Virus record (IMG/VR): IMGVR_UViG_3300028393_000068
Coordinates: 1-61,582 of that record
Source: a virus
Lineage: Duplodnaviria > Caudoviricetes
DNA: 61,582 nucleotides
Direction: 5' to 3' (one strand)
Part shown: piece by piece, positions 26,547 to 38,800 of the stretch
How the letters are laid out: the number at the start of each line of letters is the position of its first letter
Position numbering within the stretch: position 1 is the stretch's first letter
Notes under the pieces: model-generated
What the model saw: only the letters and a program-made list of their open reading frames with translations
What the model was told of the DNA's origin: nothing
Database searches by the model: none
Position numbers and translations under genes: made by a program

Positions 26547-29471
26547 ATGAGCCTGCATAAGTTTGCCGACATGGTTGCCCAACAAGGCCGTGGCGATGAC
26601 TCCTTATTAATTCACATGACGCCGGACGAAGTCCAGCGCCTACAGCAGTTTGCCCAAGCAAATGGTCGTTCGTTGACCATTAACCCTACTACGGGTTTAC
26701 CCGAAGCCGGCATGCTGTCTGATTTATTCAAAGCCATTGCCCCTATTGCCCTTGGCGCGTTCCTTGGCCCTGCTGGTTTTGGTATGTCATCCATGATGGC
26801 AGGCGTGGCTACGGGCGGCATTACAGCTTTGGCTACCGGCAGTCTGTCTCGCGGCCTCATGGCCGGATTGGGTGCGTATGGTGGAGCGGGTCTGGGTGAG
26901 AGTTTGATGGGCGCTGGAGGTAATGCGTTAGTTGCTGGCGGCGCACCAATTGGTGCAGAAAATATTGCGGGGCCTGCTGTGCCCCCAATTGAACAAGTAA
27001 ACCCCTCTAACTACAATCTAAGCAACGCAGATAAATTTAGCGCAGGCGTAAAAGCAGTTACAGCAAGCCCCACAGCGGCACTTGATTTTGCCAAAAGCAA
27101 CCTTAGTAATCTTTCCGCTGCAGCCGCACCAATCATGGCAGGTGCTATGGTTCCGACAACCACCAAGTTGCCCACGCCTACAAACAACAACTACATTCGC
27201 CAGTTTGACTACAACATTAACCCAGACACAGGCAAGCCCGATCCTCTGTACGGTATGCGTGCTATGACGCCAGTCAAGGCCAGTGAGTTTGGAAACAAAA
27301 CATTCCAAGGCCAGCGCGATGCTTTTAGACAACAAAACCCAAACCCTTACGAACTTGGCGTAAGTTCTTTAAATCAACCACCACAGCCGCAACAACCAGC
27401 GCAAATGAATACAGGCGGTATTGTGGCTTTGGCTGGTGGTGATGTTAAGCACTATGCTATCGGTCGGCTAGTAGAGGGGGGCCCCCTGACTGGAGGGGCG
27501 GGGCTAGATATGAACAACGATATCTATAAATACTTTTCAGACCCCGCAACACAAGCGCTTTTGTCGTCAGGTAACGATGCGGCTATTGCTGCAAAAATGC
27601 AAGAAAAAGACTGGACAGCCGCGCAAATTGCTGCGGCCACCGGCACGCAAAACAAACAAGCTGATTACGAACGCCGTTTTGCTCAAGCAGTGGCAACGCC
27701 AACTACCGATGCTAGTGAGTTTTTAGCCGCAACTAAAGATGTTGGTTTGCAAAACCAAGGATTGGCTACCGCGTTACAAAACTCTGGCATGTCCGCCGCT
27801 GACCAATACGCACTTACACATAATTTAAACGACGCTGCTGGAGCATTAGACGCTAGTGGGAAACCGATTGATTTCTATAACAAAATTGGATACACAGCAG
27901 GCGCTTTACCCGGCGACCAAGGCGGTTTAGAAGGTTTGTACGCTAACATTAATTACTCTGCAAAAGGTTTACAAGACCAGATTAATGCAGGGACGTTGTC
28001 TGTAGCCGACGCGCAAGCCCTTGCACGGGGTGAAATGGGGCGTGTGGGTGTTAATGATAAAGATATTAAATCTGCAACAGGCAAAGATTTTGCTAGCCTG
28101 TTTACGCCCAAGACTGTTGTAACCCCACCACCAGACCCGTTTGTGTCTGTAACTCCCGGAGAAGTAAAACTTCCAACAGCCACCACATACGACAACGGTG
28201 CGTTTGGCAACTACGGTTCTGGTAACAAAACTGGCGTTGACTCAAACGGCAAAACCGTTTCTATAGCCACTCCCGGCGATATCATTACAAACCCAGACGG
28301 AACACGTACAGTAGTGCCCAACGTCCCCGGTCGTCCATACGGCGGATTCACAGGTATGGATCCGGTTAAAAGTGCGTACACAGCCGGTGGCGGAAGCTTG
28401 GGCTACACAGCCAAAGCACCAAAAACAATTGACGAATTCAATCAACTGTATAACAAGCAGACTGGCGACTCGTTAGCGGCATATAACTACCTGATGGGTA
28501 AGGGCGCTAACAACAACGCATACCCTGTTAAATCTGGCGTGGCTAAAGTTGCTGTACCATACAACGAGTATGTGTTGGGTAAAAAGACTGCGAGTACAAA
28601 ACCTGTAACCACAGACAAAGGTACAACAGTTATAGGCGTGCCCGGTAACCCGCAATCTTACTTTGATGAGAAAGCATATCTTGCCGCGCATCCGGATGTG
28701 CAGGCAGAGTTGACAACAGGTAAATCTGTGTCAGGTAAACCCGTGCAATTCTCTTCTGGTTACGAGCACTGGCTTAAATACGGCCAGCCTGCTGGTTGGG
28801 CTTTTTCTGGCGACTATGCCGGTTATAAAACTGCGGCAGCTTTGGCTACTTCAGGCGGTGCAACAGGCGCAGGTGGTGGGCCCGGAGGCACTACAGCAAA
28901 CTCAGCCAACACAGTTAGCGACAGCAACACAGCCAATAGCATTACGGGTTTAGCGGCTCCTGCTAACAACAGTATTTCAGTATCCGATGCCGTAGCCTCT
29001 CCTGCTGATTCTGCCACTACTTCTGCGTCTACTGGAAATAGTATTGGCGCAGGGCAGGGAGATGGTGATGGTGATGGTGATGGTGGTGTTGGCGATGCTA
29101 GAGGCGGGTATTACTCCCGTGGCAAACTGAACTACGGTTCTAAAAATATGGCGATGGGCGGATACGCCCTTGGTGGCTTAGGCTCTCTGGGTTCTTACTC
29201 TGATGGCGGTCGATTACTCAAAGGCCCCGGTGATGGCGTGTCTGACAGCATCCCTGCAACCATTGGCGCTAAGAGTCAGCCCGCACGCCTTGCCGATGGT
29301 GAGTTTGTAGTGCCTGCGCGTATCGTGTCTGAACTAGGCAACGGCTCTACAGATGCAGGCGCTAAAAAGCTCTACGCCATGATGGATCGTGTGCAAAGCG
29401 CACGGGGCAAGACCACAGGCAAAAACAAAGTAGCGGCTAACAGTCGCTCTGATAAATATCTTCCCGCGTAA
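26547..29471 (+). CDS. Internal virion/ejection protein 1
   Basis: GRGDDSLLIH..P.E, INPTTGLPE, GPGDGVSDSIPA, LADGEFVVPA motifs. Confidence 0.7.
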   Translation: MSLHKFADMVAQQGRGDDSLLIHMTPDEVQRLQQFAQANGRSLTINPTTGLPEAGMLSDLFKAIAPIALGAFLGPAGFGMSSMMAGVATGGITALATGSLSRGLMAGLGAYGGAGLGESLMGAGGNALVAGGAPIGAENIAGPAVPPIEQVNPSNYNLSNADKFSAGVKAVTASPTAALDFAKSNLSNLSAAAAPIMAGAMVPTTTKLPTPTNNNYIRQFDYNINPDTGKPDPLYGMRAMTPVKASEFGNKTFQGQRDAFRQQNPNPYELGVSSLNQPPQPQQPAQMNTGGIVALAGGDVKHYAIGRLVEGGPLTGGAGLDMNNDIYKYFSDPATQALLSSGNDAAIAAKMQEKDWTAAQIAAATGTQNKQADYERRFAQAVATPTTDASEFLAATKDVGLQNQGLATALQNSGMSAADQYALTHNLNDAAGALDASGKPIDFYNKIGYTAGALPGDQGGLEGLYANINYSAKGLQDQINAGTLSVADAQALARGEMGRVGVNDKDIKSATGKDFASLFTPKTVVTPPPDPFVSVTPGEVKLPTATTYDNGAFGNYGSGNKTGVDSNGKTVSIATPGDIITNPDGTRTVVPNVPGRPYGGFTGMDPVKSAYTAGGGSLGYTAKAPKTIDEFNQLYNKQTGDSLAAYNYLMGKGANNNAYPVKSGVAKVAVPYNEYVLGKKTASTKPVTTDKGTTVIGVPGNPQSYFDEKAYLAAHPDVQAELTTGKSVSGKPVQFSSGYEHWLKYGQPAGWAFSGDYAGYKTAAALATSGGATGAGGGPGGTTANSANTVSDSNTANSITGLAAPANNSISVSDAVASPADSATTSASTGNSIGAGQGDGDGDGDGGVGDARGGYYSRGKLNYGSKNMAMGGYALGGLGSLGSYSDGGRLLKGPGDGVSDSIPATIGAKSQPARLADGEFVVPARIVSELGNGSTDAGAKKLYAMMDRVQSARGKTTGKNKVAANSRSDKYLPA

Positions 29472-29481
29472 GGAATAGATC

Positions 29482-30522
29482 ATGGCAACGACCCCAGTCT
29501 CCCAAGTACAAGAATATCAAACAGGCTTTGCGCCTGTTATTGCCCCCTACGCAGAAGAACTGCTAGGCAAAGCACAACTGCAAACGGATGTTGAACAAAA
29601 CCCCTACATGCAGTATATGGGGGAGCGTCAAGCACAGTTCACACCTTTGCAACAGCAGTCGTTTGAAAATGCAGCATTGATGCAAACTGCCCCTCAGTTG
29701 GGGGACGCTACCGCTATGGCGGGTATGGCAGGTTTGGGCGCACTTAATACGCAGTACACGTTTAACCCGTACCAAGCACAGCAGTTTACGGGCAACAACG
29801 TACAAGCCTATATGTCTCCCTACATGCAGAATGTAGTGGATATTCAACAGCGGGAAGCTCAGCGTCAAGCAGATATTGCAGGTACTCAACAACAAGCAGC
29901 AGCAACTAAAGCAGGTGCTTTTGGCGGTAGCCGCGACGCAATCATGCGTTCTGAGGCGGCTCGTAACTTAGCGTTGCAAAAAGGCGACATCCAAGCTCAA
30001 GGTTTACAAAACGCCTACCAACAGGCAATGCAACAGTTCAACCAATCCCAAGCGCAAAACTTGGCAGGGCAACAACTTAACGCCCAACAACAACAGTTTG
30101 GTTCGGGTCTTGGACTTCAAGGTTTGCAAACAGCCATGACAGGTGCTAAGAGTCTGGCAGATATTGGTCAAACACAGTACGGACAGAACATGGGCCTGCT
30201 CAGTATGCAGAACCAGTTTGGTAGCCAGCAGCAAGGCCAAGTGCAGAACGTTCTGAACAACCAATACCAAGACTATTTAAACTACCAAAACTATCCATAC
30301 AAGCAAATGGGCTTTATGTCCGACATGATCCGTGGTTTGCCTTTGGCTCAACAGTCTTCCACAATGTATGCGGCTCCCCCTTCAATGCTGGGGCAAGTTG
30401 CTGGCGCTGGTATTGCCGCTAAAGGTCTAGGTATGTTTGCCAAGGGCGGCGCGGTTCAGGACGTCGACTATAGAGAGCGTCCTGCTGGTCTGGCAGAATT
30501 GGCTATCCATAACATGGGTTGA
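29482..30522 (+). CDS. Internal virion/DNA transfer protein 2
   Basis: Q-rich; YMSPY, GAFGGSR motifs. Confidence 0.7.
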   Translation: MATTPVSQVQEYQTGFAPVIAPYAEELLGKAQLQTDVEQNPYMQYMGERQAQFTPLQQQSFENAALMQTAPQLGDATAMAGMAGLGALNTQYTFNPYQAQQFTGNNVQAYMSPYMQNVVDIQQREAQRQADIAGTQQQAAATKAGAFGGSRDAIMRSEAARNLALQKGDIQAQGLQNAYQQAMQQFNQSQAQNLAGQQLNAQQQQFGSGLGLQGLQTAMTGAKSLADIGQTQYGQNMGLLSMQNQFGSQQQGQVQNVLNNQYQDYLNYQNYPYKQMGFMSDMIRGLPLAQQSSTMYAAPPSMLGQVAGAGIAAKGLGMFAKGGAVQDVDYRERPAGLAELAIHNMG

Positions 30523-30527
30523 AGAAT

Positions 30528-32819
30528 ATGGCATTACCTAACTCCGAAAAAATCACATCTCAAATTGCGATGTTGCCCGATGCTGCACTGAAGCAGATGG
30601 CCATGATGCACAAGAGCGATCCATATGTTCTTCCCCTTATTATTTCCGAAGATGGCCGTCGCAAACAGATGCGCCAAGCCGCACAAGCTCAGATGGCGGG
30701 TATGCCCCAGCCCAAGGTAGCCGATGCTGCGTTAGCACAAATGGGTCAGCTACCCGAAGAACAAGGTATTGCTCAGATCCCTGCGCCCAACATGCAGCAT
30801 ATGGCTGACGGCGGTATTGCTGGCTACGGTGAGGCTCCGGAACAAAGCATGGGCACAGGCGGTATGGGTGGTATGGGTGGTATGGGTGGTATGGGTGGTG
30901 TGTTTAACTATGCTCAGCAAAGCGACCCCGTTATTCGTATGGCTTCCGGAGGTGTGCCGGGAGATGCAAGCGGTGTAGCAGTGCCCCGTGACTTAGACGC
31001 ATACATTGAAGAACAAGCCAAACTTAACGGTATTCCTCCAGCCACGCTTCGCGCAGTTATTCAAGCGGAAAGCAGCGGCAAAGTTGATGCTCAAAGCAAG
31101 ACTTCTTCTGCCCAAGGTTTAATGCAGTTAATTAACCGCACCTTTACCAAGGGCGGCGGCGATCCAGAGAAACGCAAAGACCCGTTTGAGAACGTGCGTG
31201 TTGGCGCTAAAGTTCTGGGAGAAGACGCGGCAGCTTTACGCAAGACGTTAAATCGGGATATTGCCCCAGAGGAACTGTACGCAACTCACGTACTCGGCCG
31301 CCCTACAGGTTCACGCTTGTTACAAGCTGACCCTAGCATGACAATGGCGCAGGCGCTTAAAGCGGCTGATCCCAAAAATGCCGACAGCATTATCAGCAGT
31401 AACTCTAAGTTGTTTGGCGACGGCAAGAAAACCGTTGGCGAAGTCATGCAGACGTTTTCTACCAAGATGGCTTCAGCCATGCCTGTTGCTTCGGCACAGG
31501 CCGCACAAACACCTCAACCTGCCCCCACTGTTCCTCAGAAAGAACGTTACCTGACTGGTAATGAGCAAGTTACCGGCGCGGGCGAGACAGCTTTGCAGTA
31601 TCTTACTGGTGCGGCGGCTATGCCACTGGCGGGGGCTTACACTGCGTTGGGGCAGTTGCCTAATGTGTTTTCTGGCAAAGGTGCTGACCGCGCCGAAATG
31701 GAAAAGTTGTACCGTGAACGAGCCGGTGCCATGACGTACGAACCCCGTACTGTAGGCGGTAAAACTGTTTCCGAAGGTTTTGGCCAAACGTTAGAAGACT
31801 TAAAAATCCCTGCATACATGGCACGTATTGGTGCTGGCACGCCCAAAGGCCCAGTTGCCCGTCCTTCTGCTGAAGGTATTGCAGGTATTGCAGAGCAGAT
31901 GAAACAAGCTGCGGCTGAACAAAAAGCGGCTGTGTCTACGCCGCGTTTAGAGCCTCCTCGTACAGAGAAGCCCAAAATGGTTGTGGATTCCGAAGGCCGT
32001 GCAATGCCAGAAGATAGTCGTACTCGTGTCGCTAATGCGTTTGACGATTTAAGTGCCGCTGAGAAAGCTGCGCGGGATGCTGCCGCATATGAAAAAGCCG
32101 CACAGGAAGCTAAAAACGCCCCTGACTTGAGCAAGTACGCTGGCGTCATGGATGAAAACCAAACGGAAGCGGCTCGTGCCCGCGGTATTTCTGCGCTTGC
32201 AGGTATAACGCCGTCAAGTATTAACGCACAAAAAACCGTTGCGCCTGAAGTACCTCAACGCCCAGAAGTTGGCGAATCTGTTTCGGGTACGTACGACACC
32301 ACAGTACCTAAACCCTCCGATCTTATTGCGGCCACTAAAGAAACTGTTCCGACCAAAGACCGTAAAGGTTTTGACAATGAAGACTTGTTGACGCTTGGTT
32401 TAAGTCTGATGGCTAACAAGTCACCATACTTTATGACCGCCTTGGGCGAGTCAGGTTTGCAAACTTTAAGTGCCAAGAAAGAGCGTGAGAAGCGTGAGAC
32501 TGACCTTGAGTACAAGGACATCATGAAGAAGTACTACGGTTCCATGGGAGAAAAAGCTGGAGCAGAAGCTAAACAAATTGAAAGTGGCGCTAAGTACGAT
32601 GCGACTGCACGCCAGCATGCTTTGGACAATATCTCACGCGAGATGCAGAAGTGGGAAGCCAACCCATTGAATATCAATGCTACGCCGCAACAAGTTGAAG
32701 CAAAACGTCTATCGTTAGCACAGACCTACTTCCCCTTGGCAGGTCTAGAACTTCCCAGTACAATGGGCGCACCAGCACCCTCTGCCGGATTTAAGGTCTT
32801 AGGGAGCCGCCCACAATAA
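30528..32819 (+). CDS. Ejection protein with lytic transglycosylase (SLT) domain
   Basis: IQAESSG...SAQGLMQL...DPFENVRVGAKVL. Confidence 0.8.
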   Translation: MALPNSEKITSQIAMLPDAALKQMAMMHKSDPYVLPLIISEDGRRKQMRQAAQAQMAGMPQPKVADAALAQMGQLPEEQGIAQIPAPNMQHMADGGIAGYGEAPEQSMGTGGMGGMGGMGGMGGVFNYAQQSDPVIRMASGGVPGDASGVAVPRDLDAYIEEQAKLNGIPPATLRAVIQAESSGKVDAQSKTSSAQGLMQLINRTFTKGGGDPEKRKDPFENVRVGAKVLGEDAAALRKTLNRDIAPEELYATHVLGRPTGSRLLQADPSMTMAQALKAADPKNADSIISSNSKLFGDGKKTVGEVMQTFSTKMASAMPVASAQAAQTPQPAPTVPQKERYLTGNEQVTGAGETALQYLTGAAAMPLAGAYTALGQLPNVFSGKGADRAEMEKLYRERAGAMTYEPRTVGGKTVSEGFGQTLEDLKIPAYMARIGAGTPKGPVARPSAEGIAGIAEQMKQAAAEQKAAVSTPRLEPPRTEKPKMVVDSEGRAMPEDSRTRVANAFDDLSAAEKAARDAAAYEKAAQEAKNAPDLSKYAGVMDENQTEAARARGISALAGITPSSINAQKTVAPEVPQRPEVGESVSGTYDTTVPKPSDLIAATKETVPTKDRKGFDNEDLLTLGLSLMANKSPYFMTALGESGLQTLSAKKEREKRETDLEYKDIMKKYYGSMGEKAGAEAKQIESGAKYDATARQHALDNISREMQKWEANPLNINATPQQVEAKRLSLAQTYFPLAGLELPSTMGAPAPSAGFKVLGSRPQ

Positions 32820-32837
32820 GTTCAAGGATGTTAAATC

Positions 32838-35800
32838 ATGCCCATTTACAGCGTGCAAGGCCCGGATGGGCGTATCTACGACATCGAGGGGCCTGAAGGC
32901 GCATCCGATGCACAGGTTATATCGGCGCTTGAAGAACACTTAGCATCCCAACCAAAGCCCAAAAAGGGATTGCTCGCCGCCCTTGGCAAAGGCGCAGAGT
33001 CCACATTAAGTCAACTTCGCACAGGTGTCTCTGGGGCTTTTGGTTCTCCCGAAGAAGCAGCTAGGGCCGGGCTGGAACGCGGCGAAGAAATCTCTGGCAA
33101 GTATGCTGACCAAGTCAGCATGGATAAAGTTAAAGAAGCCTTTAACAAAGACGGTGTTGCAGCCGCTGCGAAAGAAGTAGCACGCCAAGTTCCCTTGGCT
33201 ATTGCTGAGCAAGCGCCTAACTTAGCCACTTCCCTTGGCGGTGCTCGTCTTGGTGCTATGGCTGGTACGGCTCTTGGCCCTGCGGGTACTGTGGCTGGTG
33301 GCGTGGTTGGTGGTCTTGCGGGTGCTTTTCTTCCTTCCCTGATTCAACAATATGGCGGTAACATTGAACGCCAAGCTCAAGAACAAACGGCTCGTGGCGA
33401 GCCCATCAACATTAACGCGGGTGCTGCCGGAGCCGCAGCCGTCCCGCAAGCTGCCTTGGATGTAGCACAAGCGTTTATTCCGTTTGGTGGCAAGCTAATT
33501 AGCAAGCTAACAGGTATCCCCGAGAAAGCTTTCTTTGGCAAGAGCGCAGAACAAGTTGCTAAATTAGCCGATGAGAAACTGTTAGCCACCCTTGCAAAAG
33601 GAACGGCTACGGGCGTGTTGGCCGAAGTGCCAACAGAGATTGCCCAGCAGATGCTGGAGCGTGCACAGGCAGGGTTATCCCTAACTTCTCCTGATGCTAT
33701 GAAGGAATATGGCCAGACCGCCTATCAAGTTGGTTTGCTTGGCCCTCTGGGTGCCGTTGGTAGGCTATCAGAAAAGGGTGCAGCCCGAGACGAAGTTGCC
33801 GCTAGACAAGCCGCAGAACAAGAAGCCACTGCACAAACTGCACAAACTGCACAAATACCCGCACCGCAAGCCGTACAGCCCCAACTCCCAGCACCAGAGC
33901 CAATGTTGGCGTTGCCTGCACCTACGGGGCCAGCCCCCGAACAACCTGCGCAAGAAGTAGCGCCTACGGCCGTTACAGAAACAATACGCCCGGGTGCAGT
34001 GATCGGTACAACCGACACAACACGCCCTGTGTCTGCGCAAACGCCTAGCTTAAATCAAGCAATGGAAGAGCACGACAGACTCAAAGCACAACTGGCCAGT
34101 CTTCAAACGCAGATGCAAGCCGCGGCTACCGCAGGCGACACAGCCAAAGTCAACGAGTTGTATGCCCAGTACTCGCCTCTTGAAACGCAACTAGAAACTT
34201 CTGCTCAAACTGTAGAGGGCTTGGGCGGTGTTACGCAAACAGCCGCCGAGTTAGAAACCCAATCTAAAGCCGCGCTTTCTAGCATTGATGCCAAGATCAA
34301 GAACGCACAGAAGAAGCTTGCGGACGCAGCGCAGCTAGGCTCATTTGGTGAGCTACCCAAACTGTCAACAAAGCTTGATGAACTTAAAAAAGAACGTGCA
34401 GACTTAATGGACAGCTTTGGCCAGAAGCGCTCAGTCCTAGAAGAAAAAGGCATCAACCAAGCACAACGCGGCCAGAACCGTGAGCTATTCACGGCTGAAG
34501 AAGCGCCTCTGCCCCCAACAGAGAAGCCTGAAGGCCCAGAGCAACCAACCACTGTGCCCGGCATCGCGGCAACGCCTGCTGAAGCGTTGGAGTTTAAGCC
34601 CAAGGCGATTGATACCCAGTACGAACGTCCCGAAGGTTACGGCCTACAACGTGTGTCCGACGACAAGCCAATTCAGTTGGCTATGCAGAAAGACCCAAGG
34701 CAGTTAGACATCTTTAGCCCTGAAAACATTCAGCGTACAGAGATGACTCCCGCTGAGCGCGTAGCTGCTGACCAACGTATGGCAGAAGCCACAAACATGT
34801 CGGCTGGCCGTGTTTCCCAGTATGTCAGGGATGCTGAAAAGCAGCGTATGACCCGGGCACTAGATACGCGGTTGAACCTTGCCGGTACAGAAACCAAACG
34901 CGTTGTGTCGGACGAGCAGTACGACATCACAATGAACAACATCGACCGCCTGCATAACAAGGTGGTGCTCCCGATTGGCAATGCCAACAAGTCTTGGTTG
35001 CAAGAGTTGTACGATGCCGCAGACGTACACAATACGCTTCTTGAGCAGGCAGAAACAAATAAGAGTTTTGGCCTTCAGCGCAAAATTAAAGCGGCACTGA
35101 ACAGATACAACCGTGTGTTGGCCAAGATCACGCCTGTGCGTGAGCAGATTGAAGACATGTACAAGAGCATGTACGAAGCCACGCCAGCGGCTAAAGCCAG
35201 CGTTGTTGCGGAAGAAAAGAAAAAAGCAGGCGAAGAACAGCTTGATACACTGAAACGCCGCGCAGCGCCAACACCCGAGCAAGTAGCAAAAGGTGAAAAA
35301 GGTACGCCAACAGGTGCTGTTGTTAGCCGTGCTGTCAAAACAACCAGACGAATTGAGTCAGGCGATGTCCGCAAAGAAGCGGAAGACTCTCCGCAAATGC
35401 GCAAACTGGCCGACACTTTGGGTAGACAAGAACCTGAGTTTGAGAAGTTTAGCAACAACATATCCAAACGCGCAGCGGCGATGCGCGAGCAATATGGGAA
35501 AAATGATCCCGAAGTAACTGCGTTCCAGCTAAACATGAACGCCGAGTTGAATGCCAAAGCGTTTGAACTAGGCCGCAAGACACCTGAGTACAAGGCTACG
35601 CTCGCAGAGCAGACAGATATTGTCAGAGAAGCACTGTCTCAGAGTAAACAAGAAACGCTTTCCAAACGTACTGTTCAAGAGACTCGTAAGGTGCGCCGTG
35701 CACCAACGGAAGACCGCACAGGTTCTGCCGAAAGCCGTGTAGCTACAGAGAAGAAATCCCTGCGCGAAGCTGGCTCACGCCTGACTAAAGTGCAGGTTGA

Positions 35801-38800
35801 GGAGCTTGTCAAAGCGGCGTACGACTCGGATATTGGTACGGCATACCGCCTGCGCCAAACAGAGGGCGGCACAATAGATGCCAAAGAAGCCGCTGACTTC
35901 ATGGAAAAAGTGCAGAGTAAACTGCCTTCAAACGTAAAGCTGGTATATGCCGCTAATGCGGGGAAAGTTCCTGTAAAACTTCTCAACCGTATGTTTGAAG
36001 AAGGCATCGACCCAAACAATATCAATGTACAGGGCGGCGTGTTTCGAGATGGCACGGTCTTGGTAATTGGCGACCAGCATGCTGACTTGAAAGACTTGGA
36101 AGCTACCGTCTTCCACGAGATCGTGGGTCACTACGGTATCGACACCATCATTGGCATTGAGCGTCTACAAGCATACGCTAACAAGACAGACCTTCGCAAA
36201 CTTGCGGAAGAGCTTGGCGGTGAACCTCTTTTAAAAGAAGTTATTGAGACTGCAAACTTCCACGCAGCACGAGGCATGAGCGAAGAAATTCAAAAACTCC
36301 AAGTCTTGCGTGAGATCATTGCACACACCGAAGAGGCTCGCGTAACTGAGAGCTTCAGACAGAAGGCTGGCCGATGGCTCAAAGAATTTGTCGGCATGAT
36401 TCGCGCAGGCTTGCGTGATCTGGGCTTCACTTCTTCCTCTGTACTATCAACATCTGACGTCTTCTATGCACTGAAACAGTCCCGCAAAGCGTTTGAAAAC
36501 AAAACTATCGGTAAGTACAAAGACGTCAACGGCCAGATTGCTTTCCGTACCAAGCAGGAACCCACGCAGTACGGAGCTTCTTTTATTGCCAAAGAGAAGT
36601 CCCTGAAAGACCAGTTGCTTGGCAACATCATGGGGCTTACAGGCCGTGTTCAGTTCGTGGACAAAGACGCAGCCTTGTCTGAAGCTTTTAAACGTGGCGT
36701 AGCCGACAACGCCATTACATCTTTGGAAGCACAAAACGCAGAGTTTTATTTGCGATTTGGCCAACAGCGCAGCCAGTATGCGGGTCAGGCACTGACCAAC
36801 GGAAAACTAATCTTACGCAAGGGCGAAGGCGGCGGCTACGTGTACGACAGCGTCAAGGGCGCTAACATGGTTGAGGTGGCCGAAGCTTTGCACAAGGGCA
36901 AGTTTGCCAACGACTCAGAAGCCGAAGCTATCCTGACCGCATACGTGGCAGGCGAGCGTGCCAAGGTCAAGGGCTGGCAAAAGCTTAACTACGAGAACCC
37001 TGCTCTGGCGGAGAAGGAATACAACGATGTCATGCGTTTGCTCAACAGCGACAAGACAAAAAAAGACGCCGTGCTTGAAGCCGCCCGTATCTACAAAGAG
37101 TTTAACGACGGCCAGATCGACTTCCTTGTGCAGACAGGTGCTATTACTGAGAAACTGGCCAAGGAACTAAAGTCTGTACCTTACATCCCGTATTACCGCG
37201 TTAACAGCAACAGCGGCAACATTGAGTTGATGGTGGACAGAGAAACGCCTGTCCGTATTGGTAACGTCAAGACTGAGCCACAACTAAAAGAGTTGGTTGG
37301 CGGCAATAAAAACATTTTGCCAATCTTTACAAGCTCGGTTCAAAACACGTTCATGTTGACTGACTTGGCTCTGCGCAACCAGATGATTAAAGAGTCTGCG
37401 TTCTTGCTTCAGAAAATGGGCATTGCATCAGCGCTTGGAGAAGGTTCCGGCCCCGCAAGCGACAGCACTGTACGGTTTAAAGTCAACGGCAAAGACCATT
37501 TTGTCTTTATCGACAAGAACGTATACGGCATCCCTGCGGAACTCATCATCAAGGGCATGGAAGGCATCAAGACCACGATGCCTGCGGCTATCAAAATGAT
37601 GGGTATTCCTGCCGACATTCTGCGTAGTTTTGTCGTAAAGAACCCCGCCTACGCCTTGCGTCAGGTTGTACGCGATCCTTTGAACGCATGGTTGACAACG
37701 GGCACAGACGCTACGCCTGTACTCAGTTCTTTCAAGGAGTTAGCCAGTATGGTGGCCGGTCGCAGTGAAGTAGAGAACAAGCTGATGCGTTCAGGCGCTA
37801 TCAGTAGTAACGTATTCACTGGCGACCAGCGCGATGCGTCTAAGTTTCTCAAAGACATTACCGCAGGTAAATCGGGTTGGACTAAACTCATGGCCAAGCT
37901 GGATGCGTTTGCTATGCAAGGCGATGCGGCCACCCGTGCTGTCATATACAAAGACTCCCTAGCCAAAGGTATGTCCGAGCAAGCCGCGCTACTGCGTACA
38001 CTAGAGTCCATGAACTTTAGTCGCCGTGGTTTGTCTCCCAGCATGCAAGCTTTGTCAATCATCATCCCGTTCTTCAACGCTCAAATTCAAGGTTTGGATG
38101 TACTCTACCGCGCATACACAGGCCAAATGCCGTTCAGTGAACAGCTTAAGATCAAACAGAAGTTGGTGGCTCGTGGCTTGATGCTTGCCGCAGGAACGAT
38201 GGCTTACGCTGCCATGATGTCCGATGACGAGGCGTACAAACGCGCTAAGCCTGAAGAGCGCTACGGCAACTGGTTTGTGTACGTTCCCGGCTTTGACGAA
38301 CCCCTGCGGGTACCAATCCCGTTTGAGTTGGGCTACCTGTTTAAAGCGTTGCCCGAAGCTATCCTTGACATGGCATCCAATGACGAGAAGGCATCCAAGG
38401 CAGTGGGCGGTTGGCTCAAACTTGTAGCACAGACCAACCCGTTTAGTTTGCCACAAGCTATCAAACCTATTACCGAGGTGTACCTCGGTAAGTCGTTCTT
38501 TGGGGGAGACATTGAGTCACAACGCGAGCAGAAAATGTTGGCTGGTGAGCGCTCACGCGAGTCTACATCAGAGTTTGCCAAGCTACTTGGCAGCATCACA
38601 GGTAGCGAAACCATCAAGCAGATCACAGGCAAAGAAGGCTTGTCGCCCATCAGCATCGACTACCTCATCCGTGGCTACACAGGCGGTCTTGGTTTAGGTG
38701 TTGTGCAGTTAGCCAACCCGATACTAAACATGGAGATGAAAGAGGACGTTGCCAAGCCTACGCTTAAAGCCAGCAAGACACCGTTCATTGGCGGTTTGTT

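Noticed and set aside
29061-30899. Microsatellites (GATGGT)4 near 29061 and (GGTATGGGT)4 near 30861 as phase-variation switches
   Set aside because: Unit lengths are multiples of 3, so slippage only changes low-complexity linkers.
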